Below are positions 29,661 through 39,173 of a DNA stretch of 53,217 nt, piece by piece. The translations under genes and the position numbers were made by a program. Source of the DNA: Fidelibacterota bacterium (GTDB lineage Bacteria > Fidelibacterota > Marinisomatia > Marinisomatales > Marinisomataceae). The notes beneath the pieces are model-generated. The model saw only the letters and a list, made by a program, of their open reading frames with translations, did no database searches and was not told where the DNA came from. The stretch is from NCBI GenBank assembly GCA_036165075.1, contig JAYZIW010000025.1, positions 1 through 53,217 of the forward strand. The letters run 5' to 3'. Each line of letters opens with the position of its first letter. Positions within the stretch are counted from its first letter, which is position 1.

Positions 29661-29885
29661 TTATCCTTCATGTAAAACATCTTTATTGTCACTTTTTCTT
29701 AGCCTGTTAACCCTTCTTCGTGTAATTCTGCGTTGCATAAATCCTAATGTCCAACTAATCAATAAAAGAATTGGAATCATTGCCATTTTTGGTCTATCAG
29801 AAGTAAGGGTAAAATAGAGTAATAAACTTGCTGTAAATAGCTGTATATAAAACTGGGTAGTGTTAATAGCTTTAAGCTTATTCAT
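29661..29885 (-). CDS. Small membrane protein (2 TM segments, basic C-terminus), hypothetical
   Basis: 74 aa. Its ATG shares one base with the pepA TAA stop (TAATG). Hydrophobic core followed by RRITRRRVNRLRK. Confidence 0.45.
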   Translation of the reverse strand: MNKLKAINTTQFYIQLFTASLLLYFTLTSDRPKMAMIPILLLISWTLGFMQRRITRRRVNRLRKSDNKDVLHEG

Positions 29886-31309
29886 TAAGCGCCAATTAAA
29901 TCTAGAATCAACCTAATGACTTGTCCTGAAGCGCCATTCTTTTGGATATAGCTTCTATTTTCTACACCCCAAGATGTACCAGCAACATCAAAATGTGTCC
30001 AAGGAATATCTTTACCCACAAATGCTTTCAAAAATGCTGCTCCTGCTATTGTACCAGCTTGCCCAGGTGAACCTAAATTTTTCACATCAGATATATTAGA
30101 TTTTACTTGATCACAATATTCATCCCATAAAGGTAATTCCCATACAAGCTCACCAGTATTGTCAGATGATTTCTGAATGTTTTCGATCAGTCCTTTATTA
30201 TTTCCAAGTATAGCACTTGCAATGTGCCCAAATGTTACTACGCAGGCACCTGTTAGGGTAGCAAAATCGACCATAAACTCAGGATCATAGTGTTTACTTG
30301 CATAAGAAAGTGCATCTGCAAGAATTAATCTACCTTCTGCATCTGTATTTAATATTTCAATTGTTTTTCCATTGTATGCAGTTAAAATATCTCCAGGTAG
30401 CATAGCAGATCCACCTAACATATTATGTGTTGATGGAACAATGGCTACAATATTTTTCTTAGGTCTTAATTCTGCAACAGCATTCATTGTACCAAATACG
30501 ATAGCAGAACCGCACATATCAAATTTCATTTCATCCATTTTTGCACCTGGTTTTAATGAAATTCCACCAGTATCAAATGTAAGTCCTTTACCTACTAAAA
30601 CAACCGGCTTTTCATCTTTGGAGTCTGCACCAAAATATTCCATGATAATGAACTTTGGAGGTTCATTCGTTCCTTGTGCTACACCAGCAAAAGCTCCCAT
30701 ACCCATTTTTGTAAACTCTTCCCTATCAAATATTGTGACCTTCATATCGCCTTTTTTTCCTACTTCCTGCGCAAATTCAGCAAGACGTGAAGGGGTGCTT
30801 ACATTGGGTGGATTATTAGCAAGATCTCGAGCTTCACATACGGCATTTGCTATAGTAGCTCCTTTTTTAGATGATTCGGTACAACATTTACCAACCATAG
30901 TAATCTTTTCGAGATGGTAGTCACCTCTATTGTCTGTAAAAAATTCTAGAAAGCGATAACTCCCCAATACAAGACCTTCTGAAAACGCCTGACAGAAATA
31001 ATCATCATTATCTGATGTAGGACATTGCACTGATATAGAAGAGTATTTATTGCTGATAATAAACGCCATGACTGTACCTGCAGCTCTTCTCAAATCTTCT
31101 GGAGTGGCATTATCAGATTTTCCTAATCCAAAATAAAGAGTTTTTTGATCATCATTAAAGTCATAAGCAAGTTCGCCTACTTTGCCCTTCATTTGACTTT
31201 TAATTAATTCAGAATCATTTTTATCTTCATAAACACCTACTGCTAAGACATCGCTATTCTTAACATTATCCATGTTTGTGTCATATTCTAATTTATTGAT
31301 ATGTGCCAT
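29885..31309 (-). CDS. pepA: Leucyl aminopeptidase (M17)
   Basis: 474 aa. VGKGLTFDTGG and NTDAEGRL signatures. Confidence 0.93.
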   Translation of the reverse strand: MAHINKLEYDTNMDNVKNSDVLAVGVYEDKNDSELIKSQMKGKVGELAYDFNDDQKTLYFGLGKSDNATPEDLRRAAGTVMAFIISNKYSSISVQCPTSDNDDYFCQAFSEGLVLGSYRFLEFFTDNRGDYHLEKITMVGKCCTESSKKGATIANAVCEARDLANNPPNVSTPSRLAEFAQEVGKKGDMKVTIFDREEFTKMGMGAFAGVAQGTNEPPKFIIMEYFGADSKDEKPVVLVGKGLTFDTGGISLKPGAKMDEMKFDMCGSAIVFGTMNAVAELRPKKNIVAIVPSTHNMLGGSAMLPGDILTAYNGKTIEILNTDAEGRLILADALSYASKHYDPEFMVDFATLTGACVVTFGHIASAILGNNKGLIENIQKSSDNTGELVWELPLWDEYCDQVKSNISDVKNLGSPGQAGTIAGAAFLKAFVGKDIPWTHFDVAGTSWGVENRSYIQKNGASGQVIRLILDLIGA

Positions 31310-31318
31310 TATTTCTCC

Positions 31319-31714
31319 TCAATTCAAGCTTAAATTATGATTAAACCTAACTAGACCACCCTTTTCATCTTTAACAACTGCAACAAAAGTGATGTTAGCT
31401 GTACACGCTAATCTGTGCCCGTGATCCTTGCTCTCCGCAAAAGCCTTAATCTCTATTTCAAGAGATGAATTTCCTGTTTTTATAACTTTGGACTCACAAT
31501 TTACCCAATCTCCTAAAAAAACAGGTTCTTTAAATTCTACTTTATCCATTGCGCGAGTAACTACGCCCCAAGCATCTGTTTTTTTTAAAAAATCATTGGA
31601 AGCTTTTACGCCGGCAAGATCTAACCACGCTAACATAGTGCCACCGAATAAAGTACCGGCTGTGTTAATGTGTTGCGTTTGAACTAGTTCTGAATATTTT
31701 GATATTGTATTCAC
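31319..31714 (-). CDS. Acyl-CoA thioesterase (hotdog fold, YciA-like)
   Basis: 131 aa, GTG start. NTAGTLFGGTMLAWLDLAG motif. Confidence 0.7.
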   Translation of the reverse strand: MNTISKYSELVQTQHINTAGTLFGGTMLAWLDLAGVKASNDFLKKTDAWGVVTRAMDKVEFKEPVFLGDWVNCESKVIKTGNSSLEIEIKAFAESKDHGHRLACTANITFVAVVKDEKGGLVRFNHNLSLN

Positions 31715-31779
31715 GGTGGTAATTTAAAAAGATTTTTATCGTTAGTTATTAGTTATTTATAAAAAGTTATTAAAAAATA

Positions 31780-33069
31780 TTATAGATGTTCTTTTGCTAT
31801 TCTTTCACCTTCTTCAACATCAACCTTAGAAAAGACATATGCTCCTGATAAGAATAAGATAGAAACTGATAATATTCCGTATCGTGCAGCTTGTTCCGCA
31901 TCTCCAGTCATATTATTAAGCAAAAGTGTAACAGTACCCATCAGTAATGGTCCAATTACCGCTGCAAATTTTCCTAACATATTATAAAATCCATAATATT
32001 CTGCTGACTTATTTTCTGGTATGATTCTAGAATACAAACTTCGACTTAATGACTGGATTCCTCCTTGAAAACACCCTATTAAGATTGCAACACAATAGAA
32101 TTGCCATATCTCAGTTATAGAATAAGCACCAATGAGGATTAATATATATGCTACTATTCCTGCATATATCCCATTCTTTAAACCAATTCTACCTGCGATC
32201 TTTATATAAATTAAGGTCGCAAAAAATGCAATGAATTGAATCAATACTAATGCACCCATGATTGCTGTTTGATCAAAACCTAATGTCATAGCAAAATCAG
32301 CTGCCATACGAACAACCGTATCTACCCCATCGATATAAAGCCAGTATGCAAGTAGAAAAGTGGCTACTACTTTCAAATTTTTTATCTCATTAAAAGTACT
32401 TCTAAAATCTGATAAGCCATCTCTTATAGAATCAACTAAAGACTTTTCATCATGATATTTCGGCTCATCTACAAAAAGCATAATTGGCAATGAAAATACT
32501 GCCCACCATATTCCAACAGATATAAATGAATATTGAATTGCTTGTGTGGCATCAATTAATCCAAAAGATGAGGGATAAGTAAGCATCAAAAAATTGATAA
32601 CAATTAAAATACCGCCACCTAAATATCCTAGCGAGAAGCCTAACGCAGAAACATAATCTACATTATCCCTATTGCTAACAGCAGGTAATAATGAATCATA
32701 AAAAGTATTTGCGCTTGAAAATCCTATTGTAGCAAAGATATATACCAACAATGCAATAGGCCACATTCCCTGTGCAATAAAGCCTAATCCTATCGTCATT
32801 ACTACTCCTAGAAAAGCAAAAAAAATCAGAAATTTTTTCTTAAAACTTCCATTGTCAGCAATAGCACCAAGAATAGGTGCTAATAATGCTACAATTATTG
32901 AAGCAATTGAGTTTCCTAAACCTAAATAAAAAGTGCTGGCTGAAACGCTATTTGTATCTGACCAATATTGAGAAAAAAATAGAGGGAAAAACCCAGCCAT
33001 AACAGTAGTTGCAAATGCAGAATTTGCCCAATCATATAAAGCCCAGCTATAAACTTTTTTCTGCATCAT
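31780..33069 (-). CDS. MFS transporter, UMF1 (Atg22-like) family
   Basis: 429 aa, 12 TM segments. N-terminal WALYDWANSAF signature. Confidence 0.8.
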   Translation of the reverse strand: MMQKKVYSWALYDWANSAFATTVMAGFFPLFFSQYWSDTNSVSASTFYLGLGNSIASIIVALLAPILGAIADNGSFKKKFLIFFAFLGVVMTIGLGFIAQGMWPIALLVYIFATIGFSSANTFYDSLLPAVSNRDNVDYVSALGFSLGYLGGGILIVINFLMLTYPSSFGLIDATQAIQYSFISVGIWWAVFSLPIMLFVDEPKYHDEKSLVDSIRDGLSDFRSTFNEIKNLKVVATFLLAYWLYIDGVDTVVRMAADFAMTLGFDQTAIMGALVLIQFIAFFATLIYIKIAGRIGLKNGIYAGIVAYILILIGAYSITEIWQFYCVAILIGCFQGGIQSLSRSLYSRIIPENKSAEYYGFYNMLGKFAAVIGPLLMGTVTLLLNNMTGDAEQAARYGILSVSILFLSGAYVFSKVDVEEGERIAKEHL

Positions 33070-34388
33070 TAACCCTTCCTGATCGATAACTTAATTGTTA
33101 TTCCATCTAAATCAAACGACTCTCTAAGTTGATTATGCAAATACCTCTTATAAGCAACAGTAATCAGCTTAGGATAATTACAAAAGAAAGCAAATATTGG
33201 TGGTGAAAACTGTACTTGATCTACAAACTTTAATTTAATTGACTTTCCTTGCAATGCCGGAGGCGGATATTTCCTTACTGTCTTTACTAACCATTCATTT
33301 AGTGCTTTTGTACCAAGCTTATCTCGTTGTTTTTCAAAGACAGTCCATGCCTCAGATAATACATTTGAAATACGTCTTTTTGTTAAAGCAGAAACAAAAA
33401 GTATAGGATAATATTGCAGCAAATGAAACTGATGAAACATCTCTTCTTTAAATATTTCTGCAGAAATATTTTTATTAGCAGTTAAGTCCCATTTGTTGAC
33501 TAATATTATCATTCTTTTCCCTCTACGAATTACTTCGCTAGCAATTGTTTTTTCCTGCTTTGTAAAGCCTTTCTCAGCATCAATAACAAGCAAAACAACG
33601 TCAGATCTGACTAATGAATCTATCGCTCTTAATGAGCTATAAAATTCAATATCATCATCAATTTTACTCTTCTTTCTAAGGCCAGCTGTATCAATAATCT
33701 TGATAGAATTTCCATGCCATTTAATGTACGTATCAATAGAATCTCTTGTGGTTCCAGCAACATCAGATACAATAGCTTGTTCCTTCTGAATTAGTGCATT
33801 CAAAATAGAAGATTTCCCTACATTTGGCATACCAACAATTGAGATTGACATAGATTCTTCATCAATATCTTCAAAATCCTTCCCTTGTAAATCTTCGTGT
33901 GCAAATAGCATATCTAGAATATCTCCAACACCAGCACCATTTAATGCTGAAATTGCTACAGGTTCTTCTAAGCCTAAATCAAAAAATGGTATGATTCTAT
34001 CGCTATGATCTGGCGTATCACATTTATTAACTGCTAAAATATAGTTCTTGCTAGATTTTCTAACCATTTTTGCTAGATGACTGTCATTTGGATTTAACCC
34101 ATCTTTGCCATCAACCATGAAAATAATTCCATCGCACTCATTTAAGGCTTCTACAATTTGTTCTTTAATCTTATCGTTAAAAATATCTTCATTTGAGCTG
34201 ACAAATCCTCCAGTATCGATAATATCAAATGTTTTATTCAGCCACTCTCCTGATGCGTAAATTCTATCTCTTGTAACACCTTCAACTTGATCAACGATGG
34301 ACGTTCTTTTCCCGGAAAGTCGATTGAAAAGTGTTGATTTTCCGACATTCGGTCTTCCTATTATGGCAATTTTAGATTTTTTACTCAT
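33069..34388 (-). CDS. der: Ribosome-biogenesis GTPase Der (EngA)
   Basis: 439 aa. Tandem G domains (GRPNVGKST and GMPNVGKSS) plus a KH-like C-terminus. Confidence 0.93.
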   Translation of the reverse strand: MSKKSKIAIIGRPNVGKSTLFNRLSGKRTSIVDQVEGVTRDRIYASGEWLNKTFDIIDTGGFVSSNEDIFNDKIKEQIVEALNECDGIIFMVDGKDGLNPNDSHLAKMVRKSSKNYILAVNKCDTPDHSDRIIPFFDLGLEEPVAISALNGAGVGDILDMLFAHEDLQGKDFEDIDEESMSISIVGMPNVGKSSILNALIQKEQAIVSDVAGTTRDSIDTYIKWHGNSIKIIDTAGLRKKSKIDDDIEFYSSLRAIDSLVRSDVVLLVIDAEKGFTKQEKTIASEVIRRGKRMIILVNKWDLTANKNISAEIFKEEMFHQFHLLQYYPILFVSALTKRRISNVLSEAWTVFEKQRDKLGTKALNEWLVKTVRKYPPPALQGKSIKLKFVDQVQFSPPIFAFFCNYPKLITVAYKRYLHNQLRESFDLDGITIKLSIRKG

Positions 34389-34435
34389 GTTGTTGAATTA
34401 TACAACTAAGGGGATTGTAGTGCTATAAAATTTAT

Positions 34436-34858
34436 TTATCGCAAAATATGTACTAATAACTCTATCCAGAGCACCAAAGAAACCATAAAGGATAGAAGAA
34501 AAATAGGTCCGCGTCTTGAAAGTTTTGGATTTGTTGATCTTATGATGAAATGAATAGATCTAAGTCCTACATAAAGCCAAGCAAGTATCACGGTTAGTAA
34601 CGTGACATGCTCAATCGTGAAAGCTAAAATACAATAACAGTAAAAAAGTATTGGTGCTTGATATAAATTTTTATAATGCTCTCTTGAAGCTTGAACATTA
34701 TCAGGAATTTCTTGCCATGAAGGCATAAACTTTAGCCATCTTGAATCAAGCTCCTTCATCTTAAGTGCTTTTTCTATGGTCTTGGCATTAAGAAGTGTGT
34801 GTAGATAGGTCAAGAAAACAAGAGGAAAAATAGGAAGTAGTATTTGTGTATGATCCAT
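34436..34858 (-). CDS. MAPEG-family-like membrane protein
   Basis: 140 aa, 4 TM segments. REHYKNLYQAPILFY resembles the MAPEG R.H.N..E..P.F motif. Weak call. Confidence 0.4.
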   Translation of the reverse strand: MDHTQILLPIFPLVFLTYLHTLLNAKTIEKALKMKELDSRWLKFMPSWQEIPDNVQASREHYKNLYQAPILFYCYCILAFTIEHVTLLTVILAWLYVGLRSIHFIIRSTNPKLSRRGPIFLLSFMVSLVLWIELLVHILR

Positions 34859-35929
34859 CTATTGGCCTAGATAAACTCTGAGTGGTTCGCTACGAGTTTT
34901 ATGTGCAAGACGTCTAATAGCTTTTTCTTTAATTTGTCGAACACGTTCACGCGTTAGACTAAATTGTTCACCAATCTCATTAAGTGTAAAAGATCTATCG
35001 CGATTAATACCAAAATACATTTCAATAACAGAGCGCTCTCTGTCTGTTAAAGTGCTTAGAGCTGAAGCGATTTCTTCCTTCATGGATGTATCCATGACTT
35101 TGTTATCAGGATCTTTTTCTTGCTCATCCTCAATGACATTAATTAAAGAACTATCTTCTCCTTCTGCAAATGGCGCATCTAAAGAACTATGTCTTCTTGA
35201 ATATTGCAATGCATTAAATACTTCTTCTGTTTTTACTTCAAGTTGATGACTAATTTCTTCTACTTTCGGAGGTCTACCCATTTCAGCCTCTAATTTTTCT
35301 GCTGCTTTTGTAATCTTGGTAATAGTACCCACTCGGTTTAAAGGTAATCGAATCAAACGTCCTTGTTCAGCTAATGCCTGCAGTATTGCCTGCCTAATCC
35401 ACCATACCGCATAAGAAATAAATTTAAATCCACGCGAAGGATCAAATCGTTTTGCTGCTTTGATTAAGCCTAAATTTCCTTCATTAATGATATCAGAAAG
35501 AGATAACCCATTTCCTTGATACTTTTTAGCAACAGATACTACAAATCTTAGGTTAGCCTCTACTAACTCTTTCATCGCCTGCTTGTCGCCTTTTGCAATG
35601 CGCACTGCCAATTCTACCTCTTTTTCCGGAGCTAGAGGTTCATATTGAGAAATTTCAGATAAATACATACTAATAGTACCGCTAGACACTTTAGATCTTC
35701 TGATTCTTTCATCAGATCGTTCTTTTGCCTGCTTCATAACTTCTTCTCTTTCAAGCTTGATTAAATCTGCTGCTATCTCTTTATCAGATTTAGCTACTTT
35801 TTTTGCTGTAGATTTCTTTTTTGTTTTAGTTTTCTTCGCAAGAGTTGCTGACTCCATTTTTAGAATTTCTTGCTCTACATTTGCTAATTCTTTTTTAAAT
35901 GCTTTTTTTGAGGTTTTTTTTACAGCCAA
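34859..35929 (-). CDS. rpoD: Primary-type RNA polymerase sigma factor (sigma-70 family, group 1-like) with a Lys-rich N-terminal extension
   Basis: Regions 1.2-4.2 are present (YLSEISQYEPL, EANLRFVVSVAKKY, YAVWWIRQAI, IRLPLNRV, TLNEIGEQFSLTRERVRQIKEKAIRRL). TTG start with AAGGAA about 8 nt upstream; an internal ATG alternative cannot be excluded. Confidence 0.88.
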   Translation of the reverse strand: MAVKKTSKKAFKKELANVEQEILKMESATLAKKTKTKKKSTAKKVAKSDKEIAADLIKLEREEVMKQAKERSDERIRRSKVSSGTISMYLSEISQYEPLAPEKEVELAVRIAKGDKQAMKELVEANLRFVVSVAKKYQGNGLSLSDIINEGNLGLIKAAKRFDPSRGFKFISYAVWWIRQAILQALAEQGRLIRLPLNRVGTITKITKAAEKLEAEMGRPPKVEEISHQLEVKTEEVFNALQYSRRHSSLDAPFAEGEDSSLINVIEDEQEKDPDNKVMDTSMKEEIASALSTLTDRERSVIEMYFGINRDRSFTLNEIGEQFSLTRERVRQIKEKAIRRLAHKTRSEPLRVYLGQ

Positions 35930-36008
35930 TTGATAAGTTCCTTTTGATCAAAAATAATTGTTTTCACGGCATGAAATTTAACAAATTCTGGGTATTTTCC
36001 AAGGTATT

Positions 36009-36905
36009 TTATTTGTCAATATGATGCAATGCTTCGTCTAAATCTGAAAATTTGAACTTGTATCCACTCTCTAATGTTCGCACTGGAGCAGTTTTAGGAC
36101 CATATAACACTATTTCACTGATATCTCCAGCCATTTTTACTATAAAGCTTGGAATAAATAATATCCATGGAAAAATGCCATTGTAATGCTTTCTAATTGT
36201 ATGATAAAAATCTTTATGATTGATAGGTTTAGGGGAAATTAAATTAAAAGAGCCTTCAACATGATTGATGATAGCATGATTAATAAACCCTACAACATCA
36301 TCAATATGAACCCATGGGAAATAATTTTTTTTTATGCCTAGCATTGGCAATGAGAAAAAGGAGAGAAAGCCAATTAATAAAGAAAAATTTGATGTAAGAA
36401 TCATTCCAATTCTAAGATGAACTACTCTCATACCTGCTTCAATAAATATCTGACAAGATTCTTCATTCAATTGACATACTTTTGATAAAAAAGAGTCTCC
36501 ACTATGAGAATTTTCATCAACTTGACCATCATATACCATATCCTTCTTAGCATAAAAACCAATAGCAGATGCATTGATTAATAAACTGCTCTTTACTTGA
36601 TTTCTCCTTAGAAATTGCAATAAAATTTGCGATAAATCTACTCTACTGCTTAAAATTTTATTTTTGACATTTTTTGTCCAGAACTGCGCTACATTCTCAC
36701 CGCTCAATTTAATAACAACATCGGTATTCTGTAAAAGGCCTATCTCATTAGCATCCCAATCTACAAAGTCCACTTTCTGATTAAATTTATTCTGATATTT
36801 TGATGGATTTCTTGACAAAATAATAACACGGTGATTTTGTGATATTAAGGAATTAACTAGTCGAGATCCGACTAAACCTGTTCCTCCAACAATAAGAATC
36901 TTCAT
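36009..36905 (-). CDS. TIGR01777-type SDR/epimerase family protein (NAD-binding Rossmann domain + DUF1731-like C-terminus)
   Basis: 298 aa. MKILIVGGTGLVGSRL glycine-rich loop. Length and C-terminal GYKFKFSDLDEAL fit the YfcH-like family. Confidence 0.65.
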   Translation of the reverse strand: MKILIVGGTGLVGSRLVNSLISQNHRVIILSRNPSKYQNKFNQKVDFVDWDANEIGLLQNTDVVIKLSGENVAQFWTKNVKNKILSSRVDLSQILLQFLRRNQVKSSLLINASAIGFYAKKDMVYDGQVDENSHSGDSFLSKVCQLNEESCQIFIEAGMRVVHLRIGMILTSNFSLLIGFLSFFSLPMLGIKKNYFPWVHIDDVVGFINHAIINHVEGSFNLISPKPINHKDFYHTIRKHYNGIFPWILFIPSFIVKMAGDISEIVLYGPKTAPVRTLESGYKFKFSDLDEALHHIDK

Positions 36906-37645
36906 TTTCTAGATAACTTACTCAGTACCTTTTTAATTTTGGCTTGAGTTTCGCTACTGAACCAATTATCAATTAATACCTCATAATCAAATTCAGTATC
37001 GTGCATTAAAGATTTTTTGAGCCTAACAAATGGTTCTCCGGCATTTATATAGAATTTTGCTAACTTCTTTGCTCTTTTAAGAGCCTCTGCTGTTGCGCGT
37101 TTCTTACCGATAAAAGGATTACCAATATATTCATTAATCAAGCCCTTTTTGTATGCTTGTTTTGGAGTATACATTTTACATTGAGTGGCTACTTCGAACA
37201 GATTCTCTCTGCCTATGGAATGACTAATAATTGATAACATATCTGGTGGTAAATCAATACCGATTGCCATTTCATTAAGTCCCATTCTGTGCATTCCAAA
37301 CATTCCATAACGATAATCTGATGCTAATGCTATTAAACACCCTCCAGCAATTGCATGTCCACCCACTATACTTATTACTGGACCTGGAAATTCTCTAAAT
37401 GAAACTAACAGATCTCGAAGAGTATTAAAAATAAGAGAAACTTCGCTAGCTTCTTTCGCATTCATTAAATCTTTCAAATTAAGTCCTGCGCTAAATACTT
37501 TTTCATTGCCCATAATAATTACAGCTTTACATTCATCATAATTGAGTTCTGCCATAATATCTTTTGCTCTTGAAACGCTTAAAACATTTGGACCTTTATC
37601 ACCCATTCGAATAATCTTGATATCATTTTCTATGCTAACATTCAT
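36902..37645 (-). CDS. Enoyl-CoA hydratase/isomerase (crotonase) family protein
   Basis: 247 aa. FSAGLNLKDL and GHAIAGGCLIALASDYR oxyanion-hole segments. Confidence 0.8.
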   Translation of the reverse strand: MNVSIENDIKIIRMGDKGPNVLSVSRAKDIMAELNYDECKAVIIMGNEKVFSAGLNLKDLMNAKEASEVSLIFNTLRDLLVSFREFPGPVISIVGGHAIAGGCLIALASDYRYGMFGMHRMGLNEMAIGIDLPPDMLSIISHSIGRENLFEVATQCKMYTPKQAYKKGLINEYIGNPFIGKKRATAEALKRAKKLAKFYINAGEPFVRLKKSLMHDTEFDYEVLIDNWFSSETQAKIKKVLSKLSRK

Positions 37646-37664
37646 ATAAATTTCTCCTCAATAA

Positions 37665-38066
37665 TTACAATTCATCTTTCAAAGCATCGAATACAGGTAC
37701 ACTTTTCTGATCTGCAAAATCAAAACATACTAATGTCATTTCACATGTGATGGCACATTCGTCGTCTCCTTCTATAAATACACCATATTCATAGTCAAAA
37801 CTTTTACCGCCAACACGTGAAACTCTGATACCAATTGTTAATTTTTCTGGATAACTAATCTGTTTCAAATAATCAAGCTTCATAGAGGCAACTATAAATG
37901 GAAATTTATATCGATCATAAGGTTCAAGACCTATATCAGCAGCATGTCTAACTCTTACATCTTCAATAAGATTTACAGCTGTTCCATGATTTAAATGACC
38001 TAACATATCTTCATCATACCATCGGGTTTCTATATCATAAAATCTTGTAAATGTATCTTTTGTCAT
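37665..38066 (-). CDS. Acyl-CoA thioesterase, 4HBT/YbgC-like hotdog family
   Basis: 133 aa. RWYDEDMLGHLNHGTAVNLIEDVR matches the D.D..GHVNN motif region. Confidence 0.7.
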   Translation of the reverse strand: MTKDTFTRFYDIETRWYDEDMLGHLNHGTAVNLIEDVRVRHAADIGLEPYDRYKFPFIVASMKLDYLKQISYPEKLTIGIRVSRVGGKSFDYEYGVFIEGDDECAITCEMTLVCFDFADQKSVPVFDALKDEL

Positions 38067-38452
38067 TAGTCAATTAAAAATTGTGAATTATGCATAGGAA
38101 AAATACATTTTTCTTTTTTTCCAAACCAGTTATATCTTTTCTTAGCAACAAAATCATAACATATATCTGCTAAAAAAGATGGGAAAATAAATTTAAAATA
38201 TCGTAAAGGATGATTGAGCTGATCTAAGACGAGAAATGCAGCTTTCGATTTTGTAAAAATCTTATTGTCTTTTTTGACAATAACGGTATTCACATTATCA
38301 ATATATTTTTGATTCAAAGTTCGTTTAGCGTAGTCAGATTGTATAGGGCTATAGTAAATAGTTTTGCTATGATCATGTGATAAAGAAAAGTCCATTCCTT
38401 TAGAACATAAGATACAGAACCCATCATAATATATTACAAACTTTGACTCCAT
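38066..38452 (-). CDS. Thiol-disulfide oxidoreductase DCC family (DUF393)
   Basis: 128 aa. N-terminal YYDGFCILCSKG (DxxCxxC). Confidence 0.7.
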   Translation of the reverse strand: MESKFVIYYDGFCILCSKGMDFSLSHDHSKTIYYSPIQSDYAKRTLNQKYIDNVNTVIVKKDNKIFTKSKAAFLVLDQLNHPLRYFKFIFPSFLADICYDFVAKKRYNWFGKKEKCIFPMHNSQFLID

Positions 38453-39087
38453 TATAAGATATAAGGAATAATAAAAGCTGTTTTCTTTTTGTAGGATTCA
38501 TGATCATCAAAACGAGATAATGACTTATCAATTCTTATCATTCCAGGAATCCAAACACCGATAATAAAAATGCTTAAGATTAATATTGGAACCCACCATA
38601 AATGTGTTTCAATGGTTAATAATAAAAAGCTAGAATAAATAAGTAGTTCACCAAAATAATTAGGATGTCTACACTGTTTCCATAATCCATCAGTAATTAA
38701 ACCTGAATTATGTTTTAAATAAATATATTTCTGCATATCTGATGTAAAATGATAGAATACACCAAATGAAAATAAAATAATTGCACTTATGATAACATTT
38801 AATGATGCTTCATGGCCATTCATAGTAATGATTAGAGCAGGAGCCCAGTACAGCATAAGACCAAAAAGAATGAATAATGTATATGGTATACCAGCTTTTC
38901 TTTCCCAACTTTTATCTGGAAAAATACTGCTCTTCATGACCCACATAATTCCATAAGATCCATGCAAACATAGATAAATCCACGCAGTAATATTGCCTAA
39001 TTGATTGAAATAATAAATTAACCCAAGTACTACTAGCCAAGTAACGCTTTTGGTAAAATCAATGGGATATTTTTGTTTAATTTGCAT
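38452..39087 (-). CDS. DUF1295 family membrane protein (steroid 5-alpha-reductase/ICMT-like fold)
   Basis: 211 aa polytopic protein with CRHPNYFGELLIY. Confidence 0.65.
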   Translation of the reverse strand: MQIKQKYPIDFTKSVTWLVVLGLIYYFNQLGNITAWIYLCLHGSYGIMWVMKSSIFPDKSWERKAGIPYTLFILFGLMLYWAPALIITMNGHEASLNVIISAIILFSFGVFYHFTSDMQKYIYLKHNSGLITDGLWKQCRHPNYFGELLIYSSFLLLTIETHLWWVPILILSIFIIGVWIPGMIRIDKSLSRFDDHESYKKKTAFIIPYIL

Positions 39088-39173
39088 AGAAAAAAAATGG
39101 TATAAGTAAAATCAGCAAAACAATCATAATTGTTATAAATGACTTTCTATATTTTGTGATTAATTCTTCTTTA

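Noticed and set aside
26840-29885. Intact prophage or mobile genomic island between pntB and pepA
   Set aside because: There is no integrase, transposase, structural phage gene, tRNA target or flanking direct repeat that I could find. The composition is indistinguishable by eye from the flanks, and the genes are operonically coupled to host genes. At most it is an old, ameliorated remnant.
30372-30920. 182-aa plus-strand ORF antisense to pepA. Similar antisense ORFs lie at 5670..6023, 19843..20181, 48590..48808, 1743..1982, 7555..7800, 15804..16067, 44838..45101 and elsewhere.
   Set aside because: All lie entirely inside well-supported conserved genes on the other strand. Their translations are low-complexity (Ser/Pro/Ile-rich) with no recognisable motif. 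They are open only because the sense-strand codon usage avoids the complementary stops.
39077-39127. 16-aa hydrophobic micro-ORF (MIVLLILLIPFFFYAN) in the rhodanese/DUF1295 gap
   Set aside because: It is too short to span a membrane and I could not identify an SD. In AT-rich DNA such an ORF is expected by chance.
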